A stretch of 64,000 nucleotides of DNA from Gammaproteobacteria bacterium (GCA_963422205.2 CAXMWX010000012.1:96001-160000); one strand, 5' to 3'. Positions 26,264 through 42,360 are shown, counted from the stretch's first letter. Notes: a model not told the origin generated them from the letters alone. Numbers and translations are program-made.

Positions 26264-28669
26264 ATGAAACACCTTACTCGAAAAAAATCGTTTATTTTAT
26301 ACGTCTTGGTATACGTGTTGGCAGCGTTCAGTGTGCTGTTCGCAGGCGGGGTCAACACCGCCCTGGCGCAGCGATCGGCCCTCGTACTGGAGGAGGTCGT
26401 CGTGACCGCCCAAAGGCGTGAGGAGACGCTGTTGGAAGTGCCGTTGTCAATCACCGTATTCAGTGGCAAGTCGCTGGAAGAGGATGGCATCAGCAGCTTG
26501 CAGGACATCGGCAGCCAGACGCCGGGGCTGGTCTTCACCGCCTTTAGCGTTGGTCAACCGGAGATATCCATTCGCGGCATCTCCACCAAGGAGGACGGCG
26601 CCTCGGCGAACGATTCGACGGTGGTCTCTGTCGATGATGTCTACATCGCCGCACGCACCGCACAGGTGTTTGATATCTTTGATTTGGAGCGGGTGGAAGT
26701 GGTGCGCGGCCCGCAAGGCACCTTGTACGGCAAGAACTCCATCGGCGGCTCGATCAACTTCGTCACCTTAAAACCCTCGGATGAGAAGATCGCCCGCATC
26801 GCCCAGACCTTCGGCAATCACACCCGGCTGGATACCGGGGCCTTGTTAAGCGGCCCCTTATCTGACCAACTGGCGGCCAAGATAGCCTTCAGCCGCCGTG
26901 ATCACGATGGCTTTTTAAGGAATTTGTTAAACGGCGAGGAGCAGGGCGAGATGGAGACCTATGCCTGGCGCGCCCAGGCTCTCTGGACGCCAACGGCCGA
27001 GTGGGAATTGACAGCCACGCTGGATGGCGCCCATGATGATTTGGGGCAGTCCAATCGTGAGCCGATTGGCAGCCAGGGGCCCTTGCATGACTGCGGTTGT
27101 GCGGCCAACCCGGTGGCAGTCAACCAGGCATTGGGCGGTGCGGGCAGTGCCTTTGATACCCTGGCCGAGACCGAGGGCTTTACCAACCGGGAGGTATTCG
27201 GCGCCAGCCTCAAGAGCGCCTGGAATTTTGCTGACTGGGGATCGCTCATTGCCATTACCGCCTGGCGTACCAGCGACTTTGACTGGCTGGAGGATTCAGA
27301 AGGGCTGCCACCGACCGCAGCGCATGTTGATTTGCGTCCTGCCAGCCCGGCGGGCGGCCCGCCGCGTGATGTTGCCATCCTGACCGGCCCGGCCTCATCC
27401 GGCTTCTCGTTTGACGTGAACGATGCGGCAAGGGAGAAGACCGATCAATTCACGCAGGAGCTGCGGCTGATCTCCAGTGCCGATCAACCGCTGCGCTGGC
27501 TGGGTGGTTTTTTCTACAGCCATGAGGATATTGAACGCACTGAAACCTACAGCTTCACTGCGCTGGGTATCGGCCCGGAAAATGATCAGCAGCGCTCCGT
27601 GCAGGAAAACAAGACCAACAGCCTGGCCTTGTATGGGCAGGCACAATATGATGTGCTGGAACGGCTCACCGCCACCCTGGGGCTGCGTTATTCTTATGAG
27701 AAGAAAAAGGCCGGCATCGGTGCTGATAATCTCACCAATAACCCCAGCGCCATTTTACTGCGCGAAGCGCCTTTTCCCGACCCTGATAATGATGGTGTGC
27801 GCGATGGGCTGGTGCGGGCCGAGGCCAGTTTTAACAACGTATCGTGGCGCGTGGCGCTGGATTACGCCCTGCATGATGCGCTTATCCTGTTCACCAACAT
27901 CGCCACTGGCTTTAAGAGCGGCGGCTTCAGCGGTTCGGCCTCAACCGAAGAGCGCGCCACCACCCCTTTCCGGGAAGAGGAAGCCATCAGCTACGAGTTT
28001 GGCATGAAGTCACGCTGGCTGGATAATCGCCTGATGCTCAATATCAGCGGCTTTCTGGTGGATTATGATGACTTGCAGGTCACGCGCTTTTTCCAGCCCC
28101 AGGGCAATGCCTTCGGGGAATTCATCACCGAGAATGCGGGCAAGGCGAAGATCAACGGCATTGAGATTGATCTGGCCGCTGTCCCTGCCGAACATATTGA
28201 AATCGGCGGCAACTATGCCTACCTGGATGCAACTTTCAAGGACTTCACCGGCTCGCCTTCCGTGGCCGCTGACATGACAGTTATCGACCCGGGCACCTTC
28301 AACGGCAACCGCCTGCGTATCGCCCCCCGCCATGCGGCCAGCGGCTACATTCGGCTAAACCACCGCCTCGGCGATGGCAGCCCGCTTGATGGCAGCATCG
28401 ATAGTAAATTCAAGATCCGCTATCAGGGTAAGCTGTTCTTTGACCCGGATAACAACCCCATCAACGTCAGCCCCGGCCATACCATCCTCGATGCCTGGGT
28501 GGCCTATACCACCGGTGATGGGGCATGGCAGATCAAGCTATGGATGAGGAACATCACGAACAAGGAATACATCACCCACGGCTTCACCCAGCGTGGCAGC
28601 CGCATCGCCTTTGGCCTGTATGGCGAGCCAAGGACCTATGGTGCTACGGTGACCTATAACTTCTTTTGA
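26264..28669 (+). CDS. TonB-dependent receptor
   Basis: LEEVVVTAQRRE TonB box/plug, EVVRGPQGTLYG, C-terminal PRTYGATVTYNFF. Confidence 0.92.
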   Translation: MKHLTRKKSFILYVLVYVLAAFSVLFAGGVNTALAQRSALVLEEVVVTAQRREETLLEVPLSITVFSGKSLEEDGISSLQDIGSQTPGLVFTAFSVGQPEISIRGISTKEDGASANDSTVVSVDDVYIAARTAQVFDIFDLERVEVVRGPQGTLYGKNSIGGSINFVTLKPSDEKIARIAQTFGNHTRLDTGALLSGPLSDQLAAKIAFSRRDHDGFLRNLLNGEEQGEMETYAWRAQALWTPTAEWELTATLDGAHDDLGQSNREPIGSQGPLHDCGCAANPVAVNQALGGAGSAFDTLAETEGFTNREVFGASLKSAWNFADWGSLIAITAWRTSDFDWLEDSEGLPPTAAHVDLRPASPAGGPPRDVAILTGPASSGFSFDVNDAAREKTDQFTQELRLISSADQPLRWLGGFFYSHEDIERTETYSFTALGIGPENDQQRSVQENKTNSLALYGQAQYDVLERLTATLGLRYSYEKKKAGIGADNLTNNPSAILLREAPFPDPDNDGVRDGLVRAEASFNNVSWRVALDYALHDALILFTNIATGFKSGGFSGSASTEERATTPFREEEAISYEFGMKSRWLDNRLMLNISGFLVDYDDLQVTRFFQPQGNAFGEFITENAGKAKINGIEIDLAAVPAEHIEIGGNYAYLDATFKDFTGSPSVAADMTVIDPGTFNGNRLRIAPRHAASGYIRLNHRLGDGSPLDGSIDSKFKIRYQGKLFFDPDNNPINVSPGHTILDAWVAYTTGDGAWQIKLWMRNITNKEYITHGFTQRGSRIAFGLYGEPRTYGATVTYNFF

Positions 28670-28806
28670 TGTCTTTATTAAGGAATATGACCCCTTACAG
28701 CCAGATGCAAGCGAGACTCACCCATGGCAGCCCAAAATAGCGGTTGAAAATATTACCGAAAATTGACAAGAATATAGCCTCATCCACTACAGCCTAAGGA
28801 TCGCTT

Positions 28807-29827
28807 ATGCAGTATGCTTTTTTAGGCCAGTCAGGCATGGCCCTCTCCCGCCTGGCCTTTGGTGCCATGACCTTTGGCACTCAAGATATGGTGCCTGGCG
28901 TGACCAACACCATCGATGTCAAGACCGCCGATACCATGGCGGCCATGGCGATGGATGCGGGCGTTAATCTGTTCGATACCACCGATCTCTACACAGGCGG
29001 TCAGTCAGAATAGATTCTCGGTGAGGTGCTTGGGAATAAACGCCCGGAGGTGCTGATTGCAACCAAGTGTGGTTTTCCTGGCAGTGACAACCTCAATAAC
29101 AGGGGCCTTTCCTATCACCATATTATGCGTTCTATCGAAGGCAGCCTGAAACGCTTGAAGACCGATTACATCGACCTGTTCTTTTTTCCATATCCCTGAT
29201 CCCTATACGCCATTGGAAGAGAGCCTGAGGGCGCTGGACGATGCCACCCGTGCCGGCAAGATCCGTTATGCAGGGCTTTCCAATCACTCGGCCTGGATGG
29301 TGCAAAAAGCCCTGGGGCTGCAACAGGCGGCGGGGTATGCGCCCGTGCAAATGACGCAGATGTACTACTCCCTGCTGGGGCGTGATCTGGATCAGGAATT
29401 TATCCCCTTCCTGAAAGATTCCGGCCTCGGCTTGATGGTATGGAGCCCGCTGGCCAGCGGTTATCTGACCGGCAAGTACACCGGTACTGAAGCCTCGGGC
29501 CGGCGCCAGAACTTTGCCTTCCCACCAGTCGATACCGAACAGGGCGACAAGGTGGTAGGCGTTCTGCGAGAGCTTGCTAATGCTAAGGGGGTGAGCCCGG
29601 CAGAGATCGCCCTGGCCTGATTGCTGACACGAGATTATATCAGCACCATCATCGTCGGTGCCAGTCGTGTTGACCAACTCAAGACCAACCTCAATGCGGT
29701 ATCGATTGAGCTCTCTGCCGAGGAAGCCGCCAAACTCGATGAGATGACGCAGCAGCCACCGAACTATCCCGCCTGGATGCTGCCCATGGGAAGCCATGAG
29801 AGATTGGAGCAAATCGGCCATCGCTAA
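28807..29827 (+). pseudogene. Aldo/keto reductase pseudogene
   Basis: FGAMTFG, FDT..Y, LKRLKTDYIDL, GKIRYAGLSN and WSPLASG motifs; in-frame TAG at 29011, frameshift near 29185, TGA at 29618. Confidence 0.85.
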
Positions 29828-29914
29828 CAAGGCGCTTGTCAGCGTGGCGGCGTACCGGCATCCTCAACTGATCGCACCTTAAATTCACTTAACAACACGC
29901 CGGGGAGTTACCTG

Positions 29915-30469
29915 ATGAAGCACCTGATGATGGGTTTATGCAGTTTGTTTTTAGCGGCTGCTGTGCTGGCCTCTGCAAGCGATGAGAAAACAGAGATTAT
30001 CGAGACCATTAACGCGATTGGCTTTTATGCCGACATGGGCGACTGGGACAAGGTCGCCGAGCAATTTCACCCGGACGGCGTTGTCATTGACTACACCTCC
30101 TACCAAAACGCCTCGGCAGGTACTGAAAAGGCCGGTGGCACCCGGATGCAACCGGCTCAGGTCGTTGCCGCCTGGCAAAGCGTGTTGCCCGGCTATGATC
30201 ACACCCGCCATGTGCAAAGCAACCACCTGGTCGATGTTGAAGGCGACAAGGCAACGGCTCTCTCCAGTATTCACGCAACGCACGTCCTGCCAAATGAGGC
30301 AGGTGAAGACTTCTGGATTTTCCTCGGTGATTACTACCATGAGTTAGAGAAGACGGAAGACGGCTGGAAAGTGACCCTGATGCGTGCCAACTTGCGTTCG
30401 CAGCTGGGCAACCCAAACCTGCCTGCCATGGCTACCGAGATCGTCAAATCCAGACAGGCTGCCGAATAG
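29915..30469 (+). CDS. Exported SnoaL/NTF2-like protein
   Basis: Signal peptide; D..DW, TRH..SNH.V.V.GD.A and GDY...L.KTEDGWK motifs. Confidence 0.8.
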   Translation: MKHLMMGLCSLFLAAAVLASASDEKTEIIETINAIGFYADMGDWDKVAEQFHPDGVVIDYTSYQNASAGTEKAGGTRMQPAQVVAAWQSVLPGYDHTRHVQSNHLVDVEGDKATALSSIHATHVLPNEAGEDFWIFLGDYYHELEKTEDGWKVTLMRANLRSQLGNPNLPAMATEIVKSRQAAE

Positions 30470-30613
30470 TCAACATGCCCTGCTTGCCGAGTGCGGCTGT
30501 ATGTAATGACCTGGTTTATCACGGGCCGCCTGTTATAGTAGGCAGCCGGGTGTGTTGTTAAGACGCTGTGCGGACAGCATGCAAATGACGACTTTATATA
30601 ACCGAGGTGTGCC

Positions 30614-31075
30614 ATGATCAAGTTCAGGTTAAACGGTGAAGAGCAGGTTGTTGATGTTGAGGGATACCCCCCTGCTGTGGGTGATCAGAGAGAACTTCAA
30701 TCTGACCGGCACCAAATACGGCTGCGGTATCGCCCAGTGCGGCGCCTGCACGGTGCATCTCGATGGTGCGCCGGTGCGCTCCTGTTCCTTTCCGGTGTCG
30801 GCGGCTGAAGGCCGTGCCGTCACCACCATTGAGGGCATCAGCGCCGATGGCGCACATCCGGTGCAGCAGGCCTGGATCAAACATCAGGTTCCCCAGTGTG
30901 GCTACTGCCAATCCGGTCAGGTCATGGCGGCTGTGGCCCTGCTGGAGAACAACCCGGCCCCTACGGATGCGGACATTGCCGAACAGATGACCAATATCTG
31001 CCGTTGCGGTACCTACCAGAGAATTCGCAATGCGATTCATGAGGTGGCTGGCAACGCCGCCGAGGAGGCACAATC

Positions 31076-31079
<4 letters not shown>
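30614..31079 (+). CDS. iorA: Isoquinoline/aldehyde oxidoreductase small 2Fe-2S subunit (frameshift near 30660)
   Basis: [24 protein letters not shown] and NICRCGTY; N-terminus MIKFRLNG lies in another frame. Confidence 0.85.
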
Positions 31080-33664
<2,585 letters not shown>

Positions 33665-33714
33665 TTGACGTTGATGTAAATAATCGTATCTGGTAATTGG
33701 AACAATTAGTATTT

Positions 33715-34653
33715 ATGCCGCTTTTTGAAATAAACAAACTTAAACTTGCTTCCATAGAGCAATCAAATTTTAATCTTGAAAAAGATCTTCAGGATCTCAT
33801 AGAGAAAAATATAGACGTCGTTTTTAACAGCCGATTAGTGGCGTCTGAATTTCGTACTGGGACTGTGCATGCGGAAAGAATTGATACACTGGCCATTTCA
33901 GAAGATAGCAACCCGGTCATTATAGAATACAAGAAAGTAGAATCTTCAGATATGATCAATCAAAGTCTTTTCTATTTATCATGGATAAACGATCATAGAG
34001 GTGATTTTGAAATCGCCGCCAGGAATGCTGTGGGTAATGATGTGCAAGTGGACTGGTCAGATATTCGGGTTATATGTATTGCGCCAAATTATAAAAAGTA
34101 TGATTTACATGCCGTGCAGATGATGGGGGCAAATATAGAACTTTGGACTTACAGGCTTTTTAAAAATAATAGTCTTTACTTGGAAAAAGTATTCAGGAAA
34201 TCATTAACTTATTCAAGCGCTATTGATGATTCTTCCGGCAAGAATCCGGTCATGGTTGCCGCCGGGAAGAAGGCGACCATAACCAGAGCCACGGGCTCAT
34301 ATAGTATAGAGCAACATTTAAAGGGAAAGTCAGATAAAATAAATAAACTGTTTACCAGTATTCAGGAATTCATTTTGGGATTAGATTCTGCAATAGAGGA
34401 GGTACCCAAGAAAAAATATATAAGTTACAGAATCTCTCAGAACATTGCTTATGTAAAGATTCAGTTAGGCAAAATTCTTATATATTTAAAACTGAAAACA
34501 AAAGATATTGATGTATTGCCGGATAACGCAAGAGACGCAACTGATATTGGTTATTTCGGTACAGGAGATATTGAAGTCAGTATAAAAAATGATGACCAAC
34601 TGGAATCTGCAAAACCATTGATTACTAAAGCCTATCAAAAAATAGGCGGATAA
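33715..34653 (+). CDS. NucS/DUF91-like PD-(D/E)XK nuclease with DUF5655-like C-terminal domain
   Basis: EKDLQ, RIDTLA..PVIIEYK..Q..Y; C-terminal KKYISY..RD.T.IG.FGTGD; AT-rich. Confidence 0.7.
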   Translation: MPLFEINKLKLASIEQSNFNLEKDLQDLIEKNIDVVFNSRLVASEFRTGTVHAERIDTLAISEDSNPVIIEYKKVESSDMINQSLFYLSWINDHRGDFEIAARNAVGNDVQVDWSDIRVICIAPNYKKYDLHAVQMMGANIELWTYRLFKNNSLYLEKVFRKSLTYSSAIDDSSGKNPVMVAAGKKATITRATGSYSIEQHLKGKSDKINKLFTSIQEFILGLDSAIEEVPKKKYISYRISQNIAYVKIQLGKILIYLKLKTKDIDVLPDNARDATDIGYFGTGDIEVSIKNDDQLESAKPLITKAYQKIGG

Positions 34654-34827
34654 ATGACAGACAAGCCGTGCCTATTAGAATATGCCTTATGATGAAGGTG
34701 ATGTGATGTTGGGCCGGGTGGCGATGAAGGTAAAGAAAAACGCCGGTATTAGTGACCGGCGTCGGGCCGAGGCACGAAAACCTCGGTGTTGTTTGCAAGG
34801 ATGATAACCATGCCCGTAGATTTGTCA

Positions 34828-34932
34828 ATGTCCATTGACACTCAGACACTCCGGGCTGTGGTTTATATCGACGGCTATAACCTTTACTACGGGATGCGGG
34901 AAGCACCCGGTGGCAAGTATAAGTGGATTTAA
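34828..34932 (+). pseudogene. N-terminal remnant of a NYN-domain protein
   Basis: Translates to MSIDTQTLRAVVYIDGYNLYYGMREAPGGKYKWI*; YIDGxNLYYG is typical of NYN N-termini. Confidence 0.55.
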
Positions 34933-35186
34933 TAGCGAATTTTGAACTGACCAAACACGCTGTACAGGTTATGGAAGAAAGGCAAATTCCTGTGGCATGG
35001 GTGGAACGTACTATGACGTCGCCAGAATTACGATTGCCTGATCCGAATGATGAGGAAATAGAAAGACGTTTTCTCAGAATTCCCGAGTCTGGCGGCAGAG
35101 TATTGCGGGTGGTCGTCAATAATAAGGCTGTACCGGAGTTGATTGTAAGTGTATTCTTTGATCGAAGCATGAGAGGTAAATTATGA
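34923..35186 (+). CDS. DUF4258-family (RelE/BrnT-like) putative toxin
   Basis: TKHA...MEERQI..WV and GRVLRVVVN...VSVFFDR; coupled to the next gene. Confidence 0.75.
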   Translation: MDLIANFELTKHAVQVMEERQIPVAWVERTMTSPELRLPDPNDEEIERRFLRIPESGGRVLRVVVNNKAVPELIVSVFFDRSMRGKL

Positions 35187-35383
35187 AACTGCACGTAGAC
35201 AAAGAAGCCGATGCGCTTTATCTGCGCCTGGATGATTCAAAAATCGTCGAATCGGATGAGGTGGCGCCTGGCGTTGTTCTCGATTATAGCGAGCAGAATG
35301 AAGTGGTTGGCATCGAAATTCTGCACCTGTCCCGGCGCACCCCGGACCTGAAAACAAATGCGCTGGAATTCGAAGCGGTTTAA
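35183..35383 (+). CDS. DUF2283-family putative antitoxin
   Basis: DKEADALYLRL..ESDEV..GVVLD..VVGIEIL. Confidence 0.85.
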   Translation: MKLHVDKEADALYLRLDDSKIVESDEVAPGVVLDYSEQNEVVGIEILHLSRRTPDLKTNALEFEAV

Positions 35384-35604
35384 TCTGCTGTTAATTTAAG
35401 GACGCCCTGAGTTAATCAGCGTTTCCTTAACTGGCAAACCGAAAGCCGAAGAAGATTTATAGCCGATAAAGTAAAAGTCTGGTCTCGAAGTACATTTTTC
35501 CGACGTTGCCGGTTACGGAAAAGCGACTGCGAATGACGCATTGACGGAACGGTGAATCGGTTTCACTATTCCTGGCGTTAGCCGACTCAGCAAGAACAAG
35601 CCGC

Positions 35605-35826
35605 TCACTGCTGTTTCGGCTGAATGGCCAGTTCATTGATCGTATCTTCCCAACCCCCAAGCTGTGGTTTCGACCAGTCGCCATAGGCCCGCCTGGTGGT
35701 AATGCGTCCGTGCGCTGCTATCTCATCGAGACTATCTTTCAGCTTCGATTTCTCTGCATTCTCGGCATCAATCAAAACGGCGATGTTATTGTGTTTAGCC
35801 AAGCCTGTCATCCGCATCCCCTGCAA
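35605..35826 (-). pseudogene. Truncated NYN (LabA/DUF88-like) protein
   Basis: IAVLIDAEN...RRAYGDWS followed by an early stop. Confidence 0.7.
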
Positions 35827-36016
35827 CCCGGGCCTTACACAACATGGACTTTCAGCTTGCGCCTGTCAAGAGCAGCGAATCCGTATGCTTCCACCTGCTC
35901 TACCATCTCCCAGAAATTATCACACCGGGCGTGATCTGCTGATTTGTCCGACATCTGAATGACCTGGTCGACATCCAGAAAGCAGCACCCCTCATCACTA
36001 TTCTAAACAGGCGGCG

Positions 36017-37069
36017 TCAGGGCCTTACAAGCGGCGGGGGGGGGGGGGGGGGTAACAGCAATTTTTTGATTGATGCCTTGATGTAGCGATACATCGCTTC
36101 GCGCCTGCTTTCCCGGGGGAGATAGGGAAGAATGCGTTTTCTATGCAGTAGCGGCACATTCCCGTCACCGTACTCGCCCCGTTCAATCCGTTCAATCAAG
36201 GTGATTAACATGGGCGGAATGTTGTATTCGTAAAGCACCAGATCACGTGCCTGCAAAAGCTCTGCCCGGTATTTTTGGTCAAATGCGTGCAGAATAGCGT
36301 GGTCGATAAGAGTAACCGCTCGATCAAAATCATGGATGTCTATGGACAAAAAGGCGTTCTCTGGAAAATACTGATTTAAATTCGGGCAGCCATAGTAGAC
36401 AGGATACGTGCCGGTTAAAATACAATCATTCAACTTTTCCGTAAAATAGTGCTCAGATGATGTATTCTCCAGGGCAATGTGAAAACGATACGCCCCAAGA
36501 GCCTCCAGCTTATCTTGCACGGGCGCAAAGCCACGGCCATAAAAATCCAGTCTCTCCCCGTAATGCGCTTTAAGCCTTTGAGCAAACTGAAAACGCACTC
36601 TGTGTGGATCAGAATGATTCTTGTGTTGTGAAGCAATCACAGAGAGCAGTTTGGATTTGGGGTGTTCAAAGAGGGTGGCCACCTGATGAAGATCCATGGG
36701 CATGGAAAAATCCTTGCCTACCCACCAGGCGTGCCCCCCGCAATGAGGGATCTCTCCCGCCTGGCTTGTAGTCTTTCCTAACCCGGTGTGCCAGGCAAAT
36801 TGCGCCCGGTAGTCTTCAGGGTACAGACCAATATCCCCCAGCGGTGGCTCCGTTGCGATATGAATGGTGTTTTGCTCAGGACACAAAGGCTTAATCGGAT
36901 GGGGCAGATCATCATAGACCACAAGGTAGTCATAGTTTTCCTTATCAGCATTTAATAAAAAGCACCATTCACCCCATTGGGGGATGGAGTCGGGAAAGAA
37001 TCGCAACCACAAAGGATCAAGGTGTACTGAGCAGACATTAATGGTTCTTGTAGTCAATGCGTATTCCAA
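36017..37069 (-). CDS. GT10 (alpha-1,3-fucosyltransferase-like) glycosyltransferase with 3' C17 tract
   Basis: YRFHIALEN...YFTEKL.D..L..TYPVYYG motif; G17 at 36036-36052 on the + strand. Confidence 0.8.
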   Translation of the reverse strand: MEYALTTRTINVCSVHLDPLWLRFFPDSIPQWGEWCFLLNADKENYDYLVVYDDLPHPIKPLCPEQNTIHIATEPPLGDIGLYPEDYRAQFAWHTGLGKTTSQAGEIPHCGGHAWWVGKDFSMPMDLHQVATLFEHPKSKLLSVIASQHKNHSDPHRVRFQFAQRLKAHYGERLDFYGRGFAPVQDKLEALGAYRFHIALENTSSEHYFTEKLNDCILTGTYPVYYGCPNLNQYFPENAFLSIDIHDFDRAVTLIDHAILHAFDQKYRAELLQARDLVLYEYNIPPMLITLIERIERGEYGDGNVPLLHRKRILPYLPRESRREAMYRYIKASIKKLLLPPPPPPPLVRP

Positions 37070-37279
37070 GCGGACGTATTCCCGACGGTGTTATCTTTCG
37101 CCGTGTCTTAACATTCTGCCCACTTTGCCTGCACATACAAGGCAGCCCTATCTCCCCTGTGGTCAGTATGAACAGACAGAGAATGACACAATAACGGCAA
37201 GAGAGCGACTGGCAAAATCCCGCCGCCAGCCATGCAACCGGTCTTTGCCTGAGCCATTATCATATCGAGGCTTTATTTA

Positions 37280-37294
37280 ATAGTTAAAGACTAT
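37280..37294. promoter_or_regulatory. OxyR/LysR-type box upstream of katG
   Basis: ATAG-TTAAAGA-CTAT (ATAG-N7-CTAT), about 90 bp upstream of katG. Confidence 0.65.
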
Positions 37295-37346
37295 CATTTT
37301 ATTTAAAATAATAAATTAGAAAAATGATGGTGTGGCATTACAATAG

Positions 37347-39575
<2,229 letters not shown>

Positions 39576-39601
39576 TCCAGCGTCAAGCCCAAGAAGTAAC
39601 G

Positions 39602-39651
39602 GCGGCGTTTCCGGTGCATCTATCTGCACTGTGGAACGCCGCTGTTTTTTT
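39602..39651 (+). terminator. Probable intrinsic terminator after katG
   Basis: GCGGCGTTTCC...GGAACGCCGC stem followed by TGTTTTTTT. Confidence 0.6.
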
Positions 39652-39702
39652 GGCGATTGACTTCTCAAAATCCAGGTGTGAGCAGCCAGTCCACGTCCTG
39701 TC

Positions 39703-40224
39703 TCACCCCGTCCGCTTCACCCCGATCACGCTGCCCTGCTGTGGCGGCCGGGGCAGCCCCGCATGTGCCTCTGCCACCGCTTGCAGGCGGGCCTGAATAG
39801 CGGCAGGCATGGCGCTGACCCGGCGCGTTTGCATATCCATATACAAGGTGATCAATTCATTGGTCGCCGCCAGATAGCCCTGGTCGGCATGATACATGTG
39901 ATGGAAATAATGCAGGCGCTTGCTGTCATAGGCCAGCAGTTGTGTGGTGATATACACCGCATCCCCCTCTACCAGCTCTTTAAGGTAATTGACATGAATC
40001 TCGGCGGCAAACGTGGAGGCCTGCCGGGCGTGGCGAAAGGATTGCGTTAAGCCCAGGTAATCGAGAAACTTGTCGGTGGCGTGATCGAAGATCAAGACAT
40101 AATAGGCCAGGTTCATGTGGCCATTGTAGTCGATCCATTCGGGGAGGATGGTGGCCTCATGAAGCCTTGGCAAATCGGCAGGCGGGGGCAAATCGGTGGG
40201 CGGGGCGGCGTGCGACATGTGCAA
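39703..40224 (-). CDS. Thioesterase family protein (4HBT-like)
   Basis: WIDYNGHMN..YY..FD motif. Confidence 0.85.
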   Translation of the reverse strand: MHMSHAAPPTDLPPPADLPRLHEATILPEWIDYNGHMNLAYYVLIFDHATDKFLDYLGLTQSFRHARQASTFAAEIHVNYLKELVEGDAVYITTQLLAYDSKRLHYFHHMYHADQGYLAATNELITLYMDMQTRRVSAMPAAIQARLQAVAEAHAGLPRPPQQGSVIGVKRTG

Positions 40225-40230
40225 CTCGGC

Positions 40231-41035
40231 CTAGCGCAGCCCTAACACATCCTGCATGTCATACAGTCCCCGGTCCTGCCGTGCGAGCCATTCGGCGGCG
40301 CGCACAGCCCCCGTAGCGAAGGCACGGCGGCTGGTAGCGATGTGTTTTAACTCCAGCCGCTCGCCGGCGCTGGCAAACAGGGCGGTATGCTCGCCGATGA
40401 TATCACCGGCACGAAGGGTGGCGAAACCGATGCTCTGTGGATTCCTGGGGCTGGTCTGCCCCTCACGGCCATAGACGGCGTGCGTTGTCAGGTCTCTGCC
40501 CAGAGCAGCGGCCACGATCTCACCCAGACGCATGGCCGTGCCGGAGGGCGCATCGGTCTTCTGGTTGTGATGGGCTTCAATGATCTCAATGTCGCTGGCA
40601 TCACCGATGTGCCGGGCGATCAGTTGCGCCAGCTTGAACATCAGGTTGACGCCGATGCTCATATTGGGCGCAAAGACGATGGCGATATCCTCAGCCGCCG
40701 CTTTTATCTCGGCACGCTGCCCCTCATCCAGTCCGGTCGTGCCAATGACCATCGGCCTGCCAGCTGTACGGCAATGGTGCAGGTGATGCAGTACGGCATG
40801 GGCGGCAGTGAAATCGATCCACACATCAGCCGCATCCAGAACGGGCTGCATGGAGTCAGTAACCAACACGCCCTGCCTGACGATGCCGACAGCAAGGCCA
40901 GCATCCTCACCCAGCACAGGCGATTCACCGTGTTCAATGGCCGCCCCCAGGCTCATGCCATCGGTTTCATGGATAACCTCAAGCACCGCTTTACCCATCC
41001 TGCCAGCACTTGCCGCAGACGCCTGCCCGTATCAT
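40231..41035 (-). CDS. dapB: 4-hydroxy-tetrahydrodipicolinate reductase (apparent 1-nt frameshift near 41010)
   Basis: IDFT, VIGTTG, APNMSIG, EAHH..K.DAPSGTA; removing one base at 41010-41011 restores MIRAGVCGSAGRMG. Confidence 0.92.
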
Positions 41036-41051
41036 TGGCTCAAGCAGCGCA

Positions 41052-42192
41052 TTATGAGGTCATGGAGTCGAAGAAATGCTTCACGCCGTCCAGCCAGGAG
41101 TCGGCGCGCGGGCTGTGCGGCTTACTGTCCTCGTTCATGGCGGACTGGAACTGCCGCAGCAACTCTTTCTGTTTTTTGTTCAGGTTGACCGGGGTCTCCA
41201 GCACGGCGCGGCAGAGCAGATCGCCCTTGGCGGAAGCCCGTACCGACTTGACACCCTTGCCGCGCAAGCGAAATAACTTGCCGCTCTGCGTCTCGGCCGG
41301 GATCTTCAATTTGACCTTGCCATCCAGCGTGGGGATCTCCAACTCGCCGCCCAGCGTAGCGGTGGCGAAACTGATGGGGACTTCGCAATACAGATCAGTA
41401 CCTTCACGGGTGAATATATCATGCTCCTTAACGCCGATATGCACATACAGATCACCCGGCGGGCCGCCCTGCTCGCCAACCTCCCCCTCAGCGGACAGGC
41501 GAATACGATCGCCGGTATCCACCCCGGGCGGTACTTTGACGGCAATCGTTTTGCTGTCTTTCACCCGCCCCTGACCATGACAGGCACCGCAAGGGTCGTT
41601 GATGATCTTGCCATTACCCCCGGCACTGCGGGCAGGTCTGCTGGACCGAAAAGAACCCCTGCTGCATACGCACCTGGCCGACGCCGTTACAGCTGGGGCA
41701 GTTGACCGGGGCCGAACCTTTCCTTGCACCGCTGCCATGACAGCGTTCACACCTAACCAGCTTCGGCACACGAATCTTGATATGGGTACCGGCGACCGCC
41801 TCTTCCAGCGTCAAGTCAAGATCATAACGCAGATCAGCACCACGATAGACGCGCTGCCCGCCGCGACCGCCAGCCGAAGCATTGCCGAAAATATCGCCGA
41901 ACACACTGTCGAAGATATCACCAAAGCCACCGCCAAAACCCTGCGCGCCTGCCCCGATTGCGGCCTCCACACCCGCATGGCCGAATTGATCATAGGCAGC
42001 ACGCTTGTCCTTGTCACTCAGCACATCATGCGCCTCCTTGGCCTCTTTGAATTTCTGCTCGGCGCTCTCATCATCGGGATTACGATCCGGATGGTACTTC
42101 ATGGCCAGCCGCCTGAAGGCCTTTTTTATATCCGCATCGCTCGCTGCCCTTGAGAGCCCTAACACCTCATAATAATCACGCTTGTTAGCCAT
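41052..42192 (-). CDS. dnaJ: Chaperone DnaJ (apparent 1-nt frameshift at C5, 41617-41621)
   Basis: J domain with HPD, G/F region and CxxCxGxG repeats split across two ORFs. Confidence 0.95.
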
Positions 42193-42240
42193 CGCTTTAT
42201 ATCGTTACCTCACTGATCTGATACTCTTTATACACAAACA

Positions 42241-42269
42241 AGCCCGGCGAGAGGGCGCTCTGCCGGGCT
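42241..42269 (-). terminator. Hairpin between dnaK and dnaJ
   Basis: AGCCCGGC...GCCGGGCT stem followed by TGTTTG on the minus strand. Confidence 0.5.
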
Positions 42270-42360
42270 GTCCGTAGGCGATCTGTCACTGCCCTGTCAT
42301 GCGAGGTGTGGCACCGCCGCAACGCCCGGCCATGATCCGGGGCGATGGATACCTTAGCGA

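Noticed and set aside
41052-42192. dnaJ and dapB as true pseudogenes or programmed frameshifts
   Set aside because: One extra base in a short run with otherwise intact sequence; most likely a sequencing error.
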